NCBI GenBank assembly: GCA_905178155.1
Contig: CAJINV010000006.1
Span: 852,872 to 916,871, forward strand
Source of the DNA: Amoebophrya sp. A120
Taxonomy: Eukaryota; Protista; Dinoflagellata
Direction: 5' to 3'
Length of the DNA stretch: 64,000 nt
Part shown: positions 34,529 to 46,884 of the stretch, in pieces
Layout: the number at the start of each line of letters is the position of its first letter
Position numbering within the stretch: position 1 is the first letter of the stretch
The notes under the pieces: model-generated
What the model was told of the DNA's origin: nothing
The model's input: the letters and a program-made list of their open reading frames with translations, nothing else
Database searches by the model: none
Program-made: the position numbers and the translations under genes

Positions 34529-35213
34529 AAGCAAACAGACAAACAAACAAAATTTTTTGCACTCTTATTTCTCGTTCTTCTCATTTCGCCAGACATGATC
34601 TTGTAGAACAATACCAGTATATATATTCTCTTCCTAGTTTCACACGATAGTGGTCGTCGACTGCGAAGGCATTTTTACTTTTTCATTTTACCCGACCCCG
34701 ACCCTGACCCCCCCTCCAGCAGAACGACGACCCATCAGGTGGAACACAATAAGAAGTAGTTCCTGCTTCAGTGCTGGTATCCCCGACGACTCTTACTGGT
34801 ATCCCCGACTTCTGTTGCGTTTTTTCACGAAAAACCAAACAAAAGTAAAAGTTTACCCCATGATCGTTTCCACCTTCTTATGACCATCATCGAGGACATG
34901 TAAATCAGAATCCCCTCCTGAAGAACAAGGCATCAAGCTGAAAGCCCAGCATGAATAACACGAAACCCCGAAGAACAAGATTTCCCGTCCCGTACACGAT
35001 TATTTATTCCCAGAATACTACTTAAAAGTAAAACCTTCTGCGCAAATCATCTGGAGCTAATTGCGCACACTCGCATCAGCCGAGCGTCGCTTGTGCTGTG
35101 GCAGCTGGGCGGATGGCTGCGATGCTGAAATTATGGAGCGTCTGAGGTGTTCCTCCGAGCTTCCAAGACAAGGGAGCTTGTTGCTGTTGTTCCGCGTTCA
35201 ACGGATTTTGTTG
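34529..35213. repeat. ~650-bp diverged non-coding direct repeat, copy 2
   Basis: Colinear with 32415-33048. Confidence 0.85.
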
Positions 35214-35585
35214 GTTCTGCCAGTATAATGACTTACTTTTCTCCTTCTAACTCGTTGCCTTGCGTACGTGTCGTTTCCTTCCGAATTTCAGGCTCTGTAC
35301 CTGTTGCGGGGGTTCTTTCTATATATGATATCTTTCGTGTTGTTGCACTAAAAGACTACGCGTTTTGACTGCAACCCGTTTTAGAAGCAAGTCGGAGCAA
35401 ATAGTTGGCAATAGCTCTGTCTTCACAACGTTTGTCGGTTACTATCTCTTCTATCTTCGTTTTTACAACACAAGCAGCACAGAGTCGCAGAACAGCAAGA
35501 AAGAAACTCACCTATGGCCTCGCCCTGTCGTCGTCCAAAAGCGTATAATTTCACCGCTAGAACTCGGTCGTCAAAAAATAACCCG

Positions 35586-38500
35586 ATGAAGCTCCTCCGT
35601 TCGAGTTTCCTTGCTTCCTGCCCCGGGGTGGTTTTCTTACAGCACAGCAATTATGTCACGACTGTGGTAAACGCCGCGGTGACCACACCGCCCATTACGA
35701 CCACGGATAAGAAAAAACTAGACTTGGACAAGGTCGGATTAAGCCCTGACAAAGCGAAAATGGTTAGGGAGTTGGAAGATGAGGAGGAAGAGGACATCAA
35801 AAAACAACCCACCGAGCGCAAAATGTACTCGTCCAAGCGGCAGGGGAAGGCTATGGTCGGCAAGGAAACAGACCCCAGCTCGGAGGAGTATGGGACTCTC
35901 AATTGTTACATTCTCAACTGTTACATGAATTTGTAATGCAAGCATAGCGAAACCGAAAGTCAAAGGGGGAGCGGGAGGATTGCACCTCTAGCATTACAAA
36001 TTCCGCACAGATTTCAATGCTGTTTAGCCCTTCGGAAATTTGTCATGCGAAGTCGCTGCACCGTGTGGATGTTGATGTTGGTTTTGCATGACAAATCGTG
36101 TAACAGTTGAGAGTGTAGCGCTTGAGAACGCCACAAGGAAAATGAAGAAGCCGATCGGACCAGCCGGAAGGGGTCACTGGCACGAAAATTGCCGAAAGAA
36201 GAAGAGCACGAGTGGGATGAGAAAAACCCGGAGCCGGTATTCCGAGTAAAAACGTCCCCATTCAGAGTTGTCATGCAAATCTGCATGCCAAAAAATTTTC
36301 TCATGCGAAGCCCCATGAGAAGCTTTTTCTAGTCGTCTTTTGGGATTTGTGATGTTAGAAATAGCATGATATGCTAGATCTGTCATCCTGCTGAAGTAGA
36401 ACTACACTTCACTGCGAGGACCAACTTGTCATGCGAAACAACCAAAGCTGTTTGATTCGTCTAGCAGCATTCCCATCTTGACTCTGGTGTGGGGACGTTT
36501 TTCCTCAGGATAGCCGGAGATTTTCCGCTGGGTTTTGAAGCCGGAATTCAGCTACTTGAATCTGATATGCATTGCAAATATTATGTCTGGGTCGGGAAGG
36601 AAATGCGGATTTGTGATGCTAGTTCTGGAGGGCACAAAGGTTTGTGTTGCATCAGAGCACCAGTAGTTTCTTAAATTTCTTGCGACGAAATAAAGTGCGA
36701 ATCTCTCATGCGGGAACGGCATTGGAAAGCATGTCGCGCAGAACTTGTAATGCTTTGCTCCGCATTCCAGACCATTTTTTTTTATGTAGTCCAGGAGATG
36801 CATGACAGACTCCAGACCTCCCAGACATGTCTGTATTTGATATCTGACCAGCCAGGAGTTTATCTACAGCTTCCCGAAGCCGGGCGTCGTTTTGGACTTT
36901 GACATCGTCACGGAGGACATGGTATGCTCTGCAAAAGTAAATCGTACTAGTGGAAATCGCACGACAAATTCCCTCTGCATGAGAAATAGAATTTCTAATG
37001 CGGATTTCCGTTTAGGTTTAGAGTTGTCATGCACGATTGCGATTCCTACGAGTGCGATGCTTTTGCAATTCATACATGTTGGACAAGAAGGACGCGGACA
37101 AAATCCTCCCCAACGAGTTAACCGCCGATGTGTTCGAAAATTTGATCAAGAACGGGCACTATTTCGCGGTTCGGAAGTTCGCCCACTCCTTTCCGGAGAT
37201 CAAATACCACTGGAATACGTATGAAAGTGCACAACTCCCCTTCTCCTCATTTGTGTTGCATGAACAGCAATACAAACGCCAGCGACCCTAGAGCCTGTGC
37301 ATGACAGATTTATGTACCTACAGCAGTAGTGTTTGGGCTTTCGAAACTTGTCATGCACACGGCGCCACAAGGCAGTAAATGGATTACGGATTTTGCATGA
37401 CAAAGGAGGGGGAGGAGGAGTTGTGCACTGTCATAATACCTGCGCCGCGTTCAAAAACGAGCTGCCCCATGTTTTGGGCGACATCGTCGAGGCAAACCGG
37501 ATATCCTGTGCAAAAGTATCTGATACTCGTATTGCAAGCATGCATTACAAATTTTTTCCTTAGTGTAAATCAGCATCACAAATTTTATTTCTTATGCTGA
37601 GGAAATTTGTTTTTGATTTTGTAATGCATTTATACGAGTGCTGCGATGCGTTTGCAATGCATACAGGAAGGGCGGCGGTCGCGGGATCCACATGCCCGAG
37701 ATTCTGGAGCACTACACGCAGGGATATGGATTGCAAATATGTCTGGGTCTGGAAGATTCTAAACTTGTAATGCTGTATCTGGATTCTGAAAAAATTTGTA
37801 TTGCATGTCCAGCAAGAGGACTCCAGTTTGTGCTAGTAGTCGGAGAGGGCGTTTGTCATGCGGAAGAGGCATCACAAAGTCCTCTAAATATCTGTGATGC
37901 TAGGGCATGCATCACAGACATCATGGGTCATTCACAAAATGCATGACAAACCTGGTAATCTTCCAGGCCCAGACATTTTTGCAATTCATAAGGGATCGCA
38001 GGACACGTTTCACGCGTTGCACGAATTGGATCCGTTTGACAACATGGGCGACTATCCATTGCAAAAGTTCTTTGTGAGTAACATATTGCATTGGAAGCAT
38101 TTCTTGGGAGGAATCGCAAGACAAAGACTCTTTTCATAGCCTAACTCAGCATTTTTAGTTACAAACCGTAGCTAGTGTTGTAATTTTTATCAGCAAGTGT
38201 AGCAGCACCTTGAGCTCGAAATCATTTGTCATGCGCTTTATTTCGCATTCGTAGATCTAGATCTACAACTACTACATGCAACGCGTCACAGCATAGCTTT
38301 TGCAATGGATAGTCTCAACGAGTGGCTTATGCCAGAGGACCATGAGAATTACTACCCCGGCCGGTACAGCTGGAAGAAACGCGAGCACGAAAAAAAATTG
38401 CGTGAGGAGCACGATTAGGGAAAGAAGTGCAAAGGGTGCTGCTCTTTTAGTCTGCATTCGGTGAATTTTTAAACAAAATTTTGTATTTTAGGGCGGGTAG

Positions 38501-41500
38501 GAATATGTGAAAAGATCTTTGTCTTGCGCAGTCGTACAAATAAAATACGTCGCTAGTATCGCAAAGAAGAACTTTTGCACTGTGGATACTCCAAAGCACG
38601 TAGCGAGCGGCAACAAGAAACACGATTTTCACCATCACGGCGAGGCGAACTACAAGCTAGAATTGCGGGAAGAACTCGGCATGCACGAGCACGCCAACGC
38701 CGAGCTGCGAACCCGGCAGAAGCAGGGCTCGGACGCCCCGACGAAAAATCCGCACTACTGGGGCATCAAGGAGGACATGCACCAGCACCCGGAACGAAAA
38801 ATTTGGGTGGAGTCTTTACTACCGAAAGCGTCGAAGTTACCCGGCTTCATGCAGCGGAAAGTGAAGGACAAGCGGCGGATATCCAAGAAAAAAACTGTGT
38901 GAGTGCAGCTGTCTTGGAGTGACAGCTGCATGACAAATTTGCTCTACATGACAGAGAAAACCTGTAATGCGCAGCATGTATGTGAAAACACATACGAAAA
39001 CAGGAGCTGATGGCTGGCCAGCATGACAGCTGTAACTGTGTTCTGTGTTTTGCATCACAGATTTACACTCACATAGCTTTTTTCTTTGCATGGCGAAACC
39101 TGTCTACCAGTCCCGAATTCTGGTTCGCCTCCGTGAAAGATTCCGGGGCGAAAGCACATTTGGATGGGCACAAGCAGTCCACCATCTCCATCCAGCTTTC
39201 CGGGTCCAAAATCTGGCGGTTCCAGGAAATCGACGAGCGGATCGGGGACCCGACCGTGGACAAGAAGTTCGGAAACGGCGGAGTTTCCTACCTGTACGCG
39301 TACGAGGACGGGGCTTGCTACGAAAACAATCCCACGGTCTGCACAACCCACACCTCGCAACTGTCGGAGGAAGAGAAGAAGAATTCGAAGTGGCGGACGA
39401 TCAAGCTCAACCAGTTCGACGCGGCTTTCTTCGCCCCGGGGATCGTGCACGAAACGAAAAACGTGCTGACCGACGAGCACCAACTGGCGAAAGAGCGCGG
39501 CGACGAATTTGCCGTGAACATCACCGCCCCGTGCGCCGCGTCACTCACCTACCAGATGGAACCGCCGCCGGCCACGGGGCACTTCCGCAGGCACTGGGCC
39601 CGGATCCGCATGACGATGGATGTGACGGACTCATGGCATCGGCTGCAGCATATGCACTGCACAATTAGAATTACCGTACTAGTAAAAATCGCATTACAAA
39701 TTCGGTCAGCATGAAAAATGGAATTTGTCATGCTGATTTACCTTCACAGTTAGATTTGTAATGCATAAAACGCAATGGCAATTAGTACGATACTTTTGCA
39801 ATGCATACAGCACTGGGCGATGATGTTCAACGCGCGGACGGAGTTTTTTCATTGGATGGACCAACAGGACAAGCTGGTGAAAAAACGCAACGAAAAAACC
39901 GGGAAAAACGAAACCTGGAAAATCGACATGCAGACCCTGAAAGACGCGGTTCTGTACGGGACCAACACGAGTCAAGCAACGGATGAGATGGAAATCACCG
40001 ATGGCACAGAAGATGAGGAAACTTCGTTCGAAGTGGACGCGAAGAAGGTGCACAAGCGCAAGAAAACGGTGACCCACCACAAGAAGAATCTCGTCGCGTT
40101 TGGAAAAAACCAGTACACCATGGCGATCAACGCTTTTGAGTTTCACGACTACAATCCGAAGGACGGGTATCTGTCAACGGACGAGATCAAACAGACGATG
40201 GAAGAATTCAAGCAGATCGAGCGGCGCGCGTTTGTATCCCATGTAAAAGCTGCTGCGTCGTAGAACAACCTGTAGTTCTTGGTAAAGCCGCATGACAAAT
40301 TCCATATCTCGTCACGCAGAGAAAATTTGTAATGCGATTACTACGTACTAGTTGTTTACCTATGATGCGCTTTTGCAATGTCGATAGCCTGCGTATGAGG
40401 ATGACTTGGAGGAGATCATCGGGATGGATTTGCTTTCCAAAATGCCGTATCAAATGCAAACATGCCCGGGTCTGGAAGAGTGCAGATTTTTGTCATGCTG
40501 TTTCTGCATGACACAGAATGTCTGTCATGGAAGCCCTAGTAGCATCACAGATTTTTTCGAGAAGGTTCCGCATTGATGCCTGATCCGCATGCCAAATCCC
40601 CCATTTTGGTGACAGGAAGCGGGCATCTTTTGCTGCCTCTGCATGACGAGAGATTTGTGTGTGTTGTGAAATGCGCATCACAAGTTCGCATCCTTCCAGA
40701 CATCCAGGAATATTTGCACTGCATATCCCGCACTACCGGGACCTGAAGCTGGAGTTGCTCGGGAAGCGGAAGTGGAAGAAAAACCGGGAGGGGCAGAACA
40801 ACAAACGACTGCGCAAGATCGCGAAGAAGGTCAAGCTATGCATTGCAAACATGTCTGGGTCTGGAACACAGCAAGTTGTCATGCTAAGTCTGCATCGTAG
40901 AAAAATCTGTGTTGCATGATTGCCAAAAGTTGTCCACTTTTGACCAAGTTGGAGCCGAGTTTCTCATCCAGGATAGGCGTGATAGACATTTCGCAGGGTC
41001 TGTCATGCTTGTTCTTGCATTCCAGACCTCATGGGCCATGGAAAATCTGCATGACAAGTCCTGCCATGTTCCAGACCCAGAAATTTTTGTAGTGGATACA
41101 GGCAGCGCCTGCGCAAGGCGGTTTACGAGGACCCGCAGCTGATGGAGGGGCACGTGGTATCCCGTGTAAAAACGTCCCCACCTCCCCATAGTTGTCATGC
41201 AATTCTGCATGCCAAAAAAGTTTCTCATGCGGAGCCCTATGAGAAGCATTCTCTATTCGTGTTTTGGAATTTGTGATGCAAGAATCAGCATGCTGCGCTA
41301 GATCTGTCATGCTTCTGAACTAGCTCAACAGGATTACACTACGAGAACAAGCTTGTCATGCCAAACAGCCAAGGCTGGTTGATTTGTCTAGCAAATTTCC
41401 CAGTGAGCCTCTGGTGTAGGGACGTTTTTAATCAGGATACGTGGCACATGTGGACCTGATCGACATCCGTACCGCAATCAGCCGCCGCAACTACCCGGGA

Positions 41501-41826
41501 ATTTGGGTCTACCCGCGAGTATGGCGATGGAGAGAATCTTCGTTTTTGATGAGACCACACAGGAGTAGCTGCGTGAAGAGCATTTTATTTTTGGGAGAGC
41601 TTGGGCTTGTCAAGATTCTAGGTGGCCTCTGCATGATGTTGACAAGTTCTGAGCTGGTCTGTGCGTGTTGACAAGTTCTGAGCTGGATTCTGGGCACGAC
41701 TACTTCTGTAAATATAATTTCTCATACGAAGTTCTTTCTCTTGCATAGCAGTTTCCCAAGGACCACTACCATGCCGACCACTACAAGGGCCACAACGCTG
41801 GGCACGATGCGAATGACGAGCTGTAA
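35586..41826 (+). CDS. JmjC/cupin 2-oxoglutarate-Fe(II) oxygenase-like protein with an EF-hand-like loop, N-terminal signal-like segment and C-terminal NDEL; 16 introners
   Basis: GAKAHLDGH..SIQLSGSKIWR..FFAPGIVHETKN (HxD..H); HDYNPKDGYLSTDEI; ends ..HDANDEL* (TAA 41824-41826). Elements: 35889-36135, 36238-36512, 36566-36842, 36923-37074, 37220-37435, 37502-37663, 37725-37990, 38053-38311, 38416-38588, 38880-39092, 39651-39807, 40235-40386, 40448-40725, 40837-41098, 41158-41439, 41520-41747. Confidence 0.8.
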
Positions 41827-42950
41827 GCAAAGGAGGGGAGTCAGTACATGGGCGTACTAGTGGGTGGTATGGTGATGCATCACAAGAAAATCGATCTGTA
41901 TCTGCAATCACGCAGGTTTTCGCTCTGCAAATTTTTCGAAGTTAGTGTTTTTTTTTTTGAAGACATTGAATGCCGCATGTTGATCCTTCGGGTTTCAGAT
42001 TGTCATGATGCGTGTAAAGCTAAGCTTAAACAATTAATGTCCAAGGCTTAGCGAAGAACGATGGAAGCTCCAGCAGAATATCATGGTTGTATACCCTGGT
42101 AGATTTCGAAGAAACGAGGAAGAAGAGAAAGATTCAGTTTACGACGTTCACATCGATTTGATTTTTGCAACTTTTTTTCAATTACTGTCTCGTGCCCGTT
42201 GTATTTTTTGCGTTCATGTTTGTACTGAAGTAGCTTGTTTAACAAAAAAAATACCCCGATGTAGATCACATTACTTACGTTACTTACTCTCTGGATCGAG
42301 TGAGTTGCCCCTTTTCGTCAAAAACCTCCGAGGTGTTTGAATGTCAAAGACTTCTCAAAAAATTTCAAAAACTGTCAAAGCTCACAGCCAAAAAAATAAA
42401 TCGAATTGTTGTGAAGAAAAGGACGAGCAGTTTTTGCTCTCAGCCTTCTATCTCATGGTGTAAAAAGTAGTTGGTTCATCGCGAGCACGCAGTAGCATAT
42501 CTTTCGACATCCAACGAGAGAGCGAAGAACCGCTAGTGAGATAACTGGTTTTGCAAAAACAATGACAAACTGCATGTTGATGCACCATGATTCTGCGTGC
42601 AAGGATTCAGTTGCATCCATGAGATTATTCACCGAGTGAGTGAAAAAACTACCACTTGTTCTATGATTTTCTTCTATCGGTGTTGTTCTACTTGGGTGCA
42701 TTAATCATGTTGCTGCATTCAGATACACCCAGCACTAGCTCGGGCCACGAAGTAGATCTTCATTCCGCATGGCACATGATGTCCTCGACCACTGCCTCCA
42801 GCAGAGCTAGGTCGTCCTCTTCCACCCCTTCAATTTTTGACTTCGAGGACCACTTCGGCCACCGTGATGACAGCTCTTCGCTCTACTATTCCCGAAGCAG
42901 CCCGCGATCATCTTCCCTGGCAGCGATTGCGTCTTGCAAGAATTTTCCTC

Positions 42951-44757
42951 ATGCCGCTGGATCTATTTCCGTCGACGATCATTTCCACAGTGGCCGTAGC
43001 GGGCGCGGGACACCAAATGGAACAAAAAACGACGGTCGTGATACAACAAGACGAACAGCAACAGATGCTACAGCACGAGAAGGACGAGCGAAGAAAAACA
43101 CAGCAGAAGGACGAGGAGCGAAGACCGACAAACGAAGTCGAGCAGCCGCAGCCGGAGGTTTCATTTACCATGCGAAGGGAGGTGGGGCCGCGAGAAGTGG
43201 TCGAACGGGTCGTGAAGGACAGGCAACGAAGTGGACGAGAAGGTTCCGAACTACCACCTAGAGAAAAAACGCCAGCCCCACCAGTTCGTGCAGAAGTTCA
43301 CGCAGCTAGCATCTCCTCGGCCTCCGCGGTTGAACAAATAGGAAGTCAAAGTTCATCTTCACAGAGAAGGAACAGTCACAACGGCGGTCGTGAAGATAAA
43401 TATTCGAGGACATCAACAGGCGCAGGTGTTAAAACAAATAGAGAGGAGCCGACGTCGTGGTCTCTCATGGACAGGTCAGAAAAACTACAAATACAAAATG
43501 AAACAAACGAAACTTCTCCGGCCCCTGCAGCCGCCGCGGCCACTACTGCTGAAGAGGACAAGGAACAAACCATCATGACGCAACTCGTTCCCGCTTTATG
43601 CATTTTTGCAAAAGTATCGTACTACGTATAAATCGCATAACAAATCATGATTTTAGTTTCTTCAAGAAGAAAATTGAAATTTGTAATGCAGAATCAGGAA
43701 AAAAAGTAGGATCTGTGATGCACGACTGCGATTGGTACGGGGACGATAAACTTTTGCACAGCATACGCTTCTTTCTACAACGACAAGCTCTCCCGGGACG
43801 AAAAAATCATCCGACTGCTCGCGGTCCTCGGGCTTATCCAGTGCAAAAGTATCGCACTACTCGTGGTAATCGCTGTTATGCATGACAAATCTCCTTACTA
43901 AGGTATAACAGCACTACAAATTTCATTTGTCATGCTGGGGTAATTTGTATGTAATGCAATGAATTACGACTAGTACTAGTACGATGCTTTTGCAATGCAT
44001 AGGGGTGGTTTTAGGGGGATTTGCGCTGGTGATTTATTTCTACGGGTTCGCACAATTGCTCGACTGGTTGGCGTGTTATCGCAAGAAAAAACTGTTTCAT
44101 TGTGAACTTGCGATGCATGAAATGGAACACAGAACTATTTGTCTTGCTACACCTCCGACGCATTGGATTTTTAAGCGTGGTTTCCGTTGGGAAGCGCGCA
44201 TGGCAAGTTTTCTGTGTCATACGTAGCAAACTTGTGATGCGGATCTTGCAAAACCATCTCAGTGAATGTGAAACAGTTTTTTCCTGTGATACGTCTGGGT
44301 GTTTGTTCAGTAAGAACAAGGACGAGAAAACCCTGTTGGAGCAAATGGCGCAGGAGAAAGTGATATCGAATATAAAAGTGTCTGGGTCTGGAAGAGTGCA
44401 GATTTTTGTCATGCTGTTTTTGCATGACACAAAATGTCTGCCATGGAAGCCCTAGCATCACAGATTTCGAGAAGTTTCCGCATTGCTTAATCCGCATGAC
44501 AAATCCCCCATTTTGGTGACAGGAAATGGGCACCTTTTGCTGCCTATGCATGAGAGATTTGTCTGTGTTGTGAAATGCGCATCACAAGTTCGCATCCTTC
44601 CAGACCCAGACATTTTTGCAATCCATAAGTGAAGTACGGCAGCACGGAGCATTTGCAAGCGGCGGAAAAAATTGTGAAGAAGCGGAAACAGGCGAAACAC
44701 GATACGGTGCGAGCGGTGGATAGGCGCGGGGAAGTGGATTTGGGAGGAATGTATTGA
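42951..44757 (+). CDS. Hypothetical single-pass membrane protein; 4 introners
   Basis: Elements 43597-43765, 43835-44001, 44077-44291, 44364-44627; spliced helix IIRLLAVLGLVLGGFALVIYFYGFAQLL; ends ..DLGGMY*. Start uncertain. Confidence 0.7.
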
Positions 44758-46884
44758 GGTTGTGTGGTGGTGGTGGTGGTGCTAGTAGTGAGGTGAGTAT
44801 GAAAGCGATCCACACGTTGCTTTTATTGACATCTCTACTTACACAACAAGTAACATGATACTGATTGTTGATAGCTCACTCTCGTCGTACGTACTTACTT
44901 CCAGCCACTCCTTCCCTGGGAAGAGGTAGAGTTCAAGTTTACCTTTGATACCATCGTACTGAGAAAGATGAAGGCCGCTCTGGGAAATGAAAAATGAAGG
45001 AAAGACAAGAGTATTATATTGCACCGAGAACAAGAAGAACAAGAGAAAGATGCTGCTGCATGCGGCTCATGATCACAAGAAGCTCAGTTTGGGGCTCCAA
45101 CAAAAAAAAACACGTATATAATGCGGTTGCAGCATTTTTTTTGGTGTTCCGCTAGAAGATCGATGTTCAGCAGACCGGTGAAAGAGCATGCAGATGTCTG
45201 AAACTACTGGCCCACGACTAGAGCAGCAGAGAACAGCGCAAAAAATCACGCCGGTGGTGGGGGGCCGGCAGGCGGGGGCGTTTAGCAGTAAGGCAGCCGC
45301 TGCGGGCGCCCGCCCCGCCCGAGCGTGGCGCGGCCCGTGTGCCGCTAACCCGCCGCGACGAGGCCCGTGGCCCGCTCTCGTGGAAGCGCCGCAAACCAGC
45401 GCGCACAGCGCGCTGCGGTAAATCAATGGGGCGACGGCATTGCCGGGGCTTTTGCGTGTGTATGTGTATGGGCGTGGTGGTTATAGTGCGCAGCCGCCTT
45501 CAGGGCATCCTGGGTCGAGAAATACGAGCCGGAAAAAATCTTGCCCGAGGAAATTCGCAGAGTGAAAAAGCATGGAAAGGAGGCCCATTGCCTGCGTTGG
45601 TCTTCCAGCAAGCTAGCGGGCGGGGCATTTCGAGAAGCCGCGCCCGCGTTGCCCTCAGGGAATCCGCTCTGGGGAGGCGCGCACGGGAGGCAGCCACGGC
45701 AGGCGCCGGGTTGGGAGGCAGGTGGAGACTAGAAGGGCCCCCGGCGCAACTTTGCGCGTTTGCCCGGGCGAAAGCATACGATGGAGGGTTGAGCCCGCCT
45801 TGGCCTTCACCGCCGGCCCGGCCGCCCCTGCCTGCGCGCCTGTTGTTGGCGCAGCGCCCGCGCGCACCTGGCCCTCGGGGCGCGCTCGGGCCCCTTTGCG
45901 GAACCGCGCGGGCCTCCGCGCCCGCCGTCGATCGATGATCGACCGAAGAGTGTAGCAGCGACGCAACCGAAGGAACAGAACCAGAAGAGTCTTCGAGGAT
46001 CAATCCAGGGAGCGCCGTTCGCTACAGCAAGCATATGGGTTGCGCAGCCGCCGACTCTGCTCCAGCTTGCAGAGAGAGCTGCCGCGCCCATCTATCTCAC
46101 TCTGGGTCTATCAGTCTACCTTGGCAGAGGCTCGCCGGCTCGTCTTTCGACCCGCCTCCCTGCGCCCGCTCGCGCTTCCCTCCTGGAAGTGTTCACCGCG
46201 GCGCCCGTCTGGGCCGGCCGGCCCCCGCCCTATCTTTCGAACCCGCCCGGCCTGGCGTGGCCCGTCGCTTAGAAAGATTGCGGCCGGCCATTGTTCGTTG
46301 CTTGGCCTGGTGGGGCCCGGCCGGGCCCCAAAGAAATTTTCTGGCGTCCGTGCCGCGCCCGCCGCGAAGGGCGGTCGTGTTGGTATTCAATCGCCCGGGC
46401 CCGTTCAAAGTGCGTGAGCGTGCCGCACGGGGGGACAAGGTGGTGTTCCTTCGTCCGCAGTAAACGGGCGGCCAGCGCGCCATGGCCCACCGGCGCAGCT
46501 GCGGTCACTTGTAAGTACGATGGTAAGTAGTAGCTTTCGCATCGACAGCTGGCGGCATCATTGGTTCGCCAGGTGTTCTTCTTCACTCACACCTACACTG
46601 CCCTTGGCCCACTTCTTGGTGTTCTTTCTGTAAAGCAGGTGCTGCCGCCCTGGCGAGCGAGAAGCATAGCAAGCACACACCGAAAGCACACGAGCGAAGG
46701 AGGGCGGGGAGTTAAACACGTGTATGTGAAGCACTTCAAGAAGAAGTGCCTGAGCCAGACCTCTGCGACAAAACAAGCGTATCGGGAGCGAATTTCTTGC
46801 ATTTTTTCCGCCTGTACTACTTCCTGTCTACCATTAGAGAATAGTTTTGCTAGTGCATTATGTTTTGAATTTGATGATACGTGG

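Noticed and set aside
45073-46586. Long Arg/Ala/Gly/Pro ORFs in GC-rich islands (also 24011-24816, 60126-62016)
   Set aside because: Open on several frames and strands as expected from stop scarcity at high GC.
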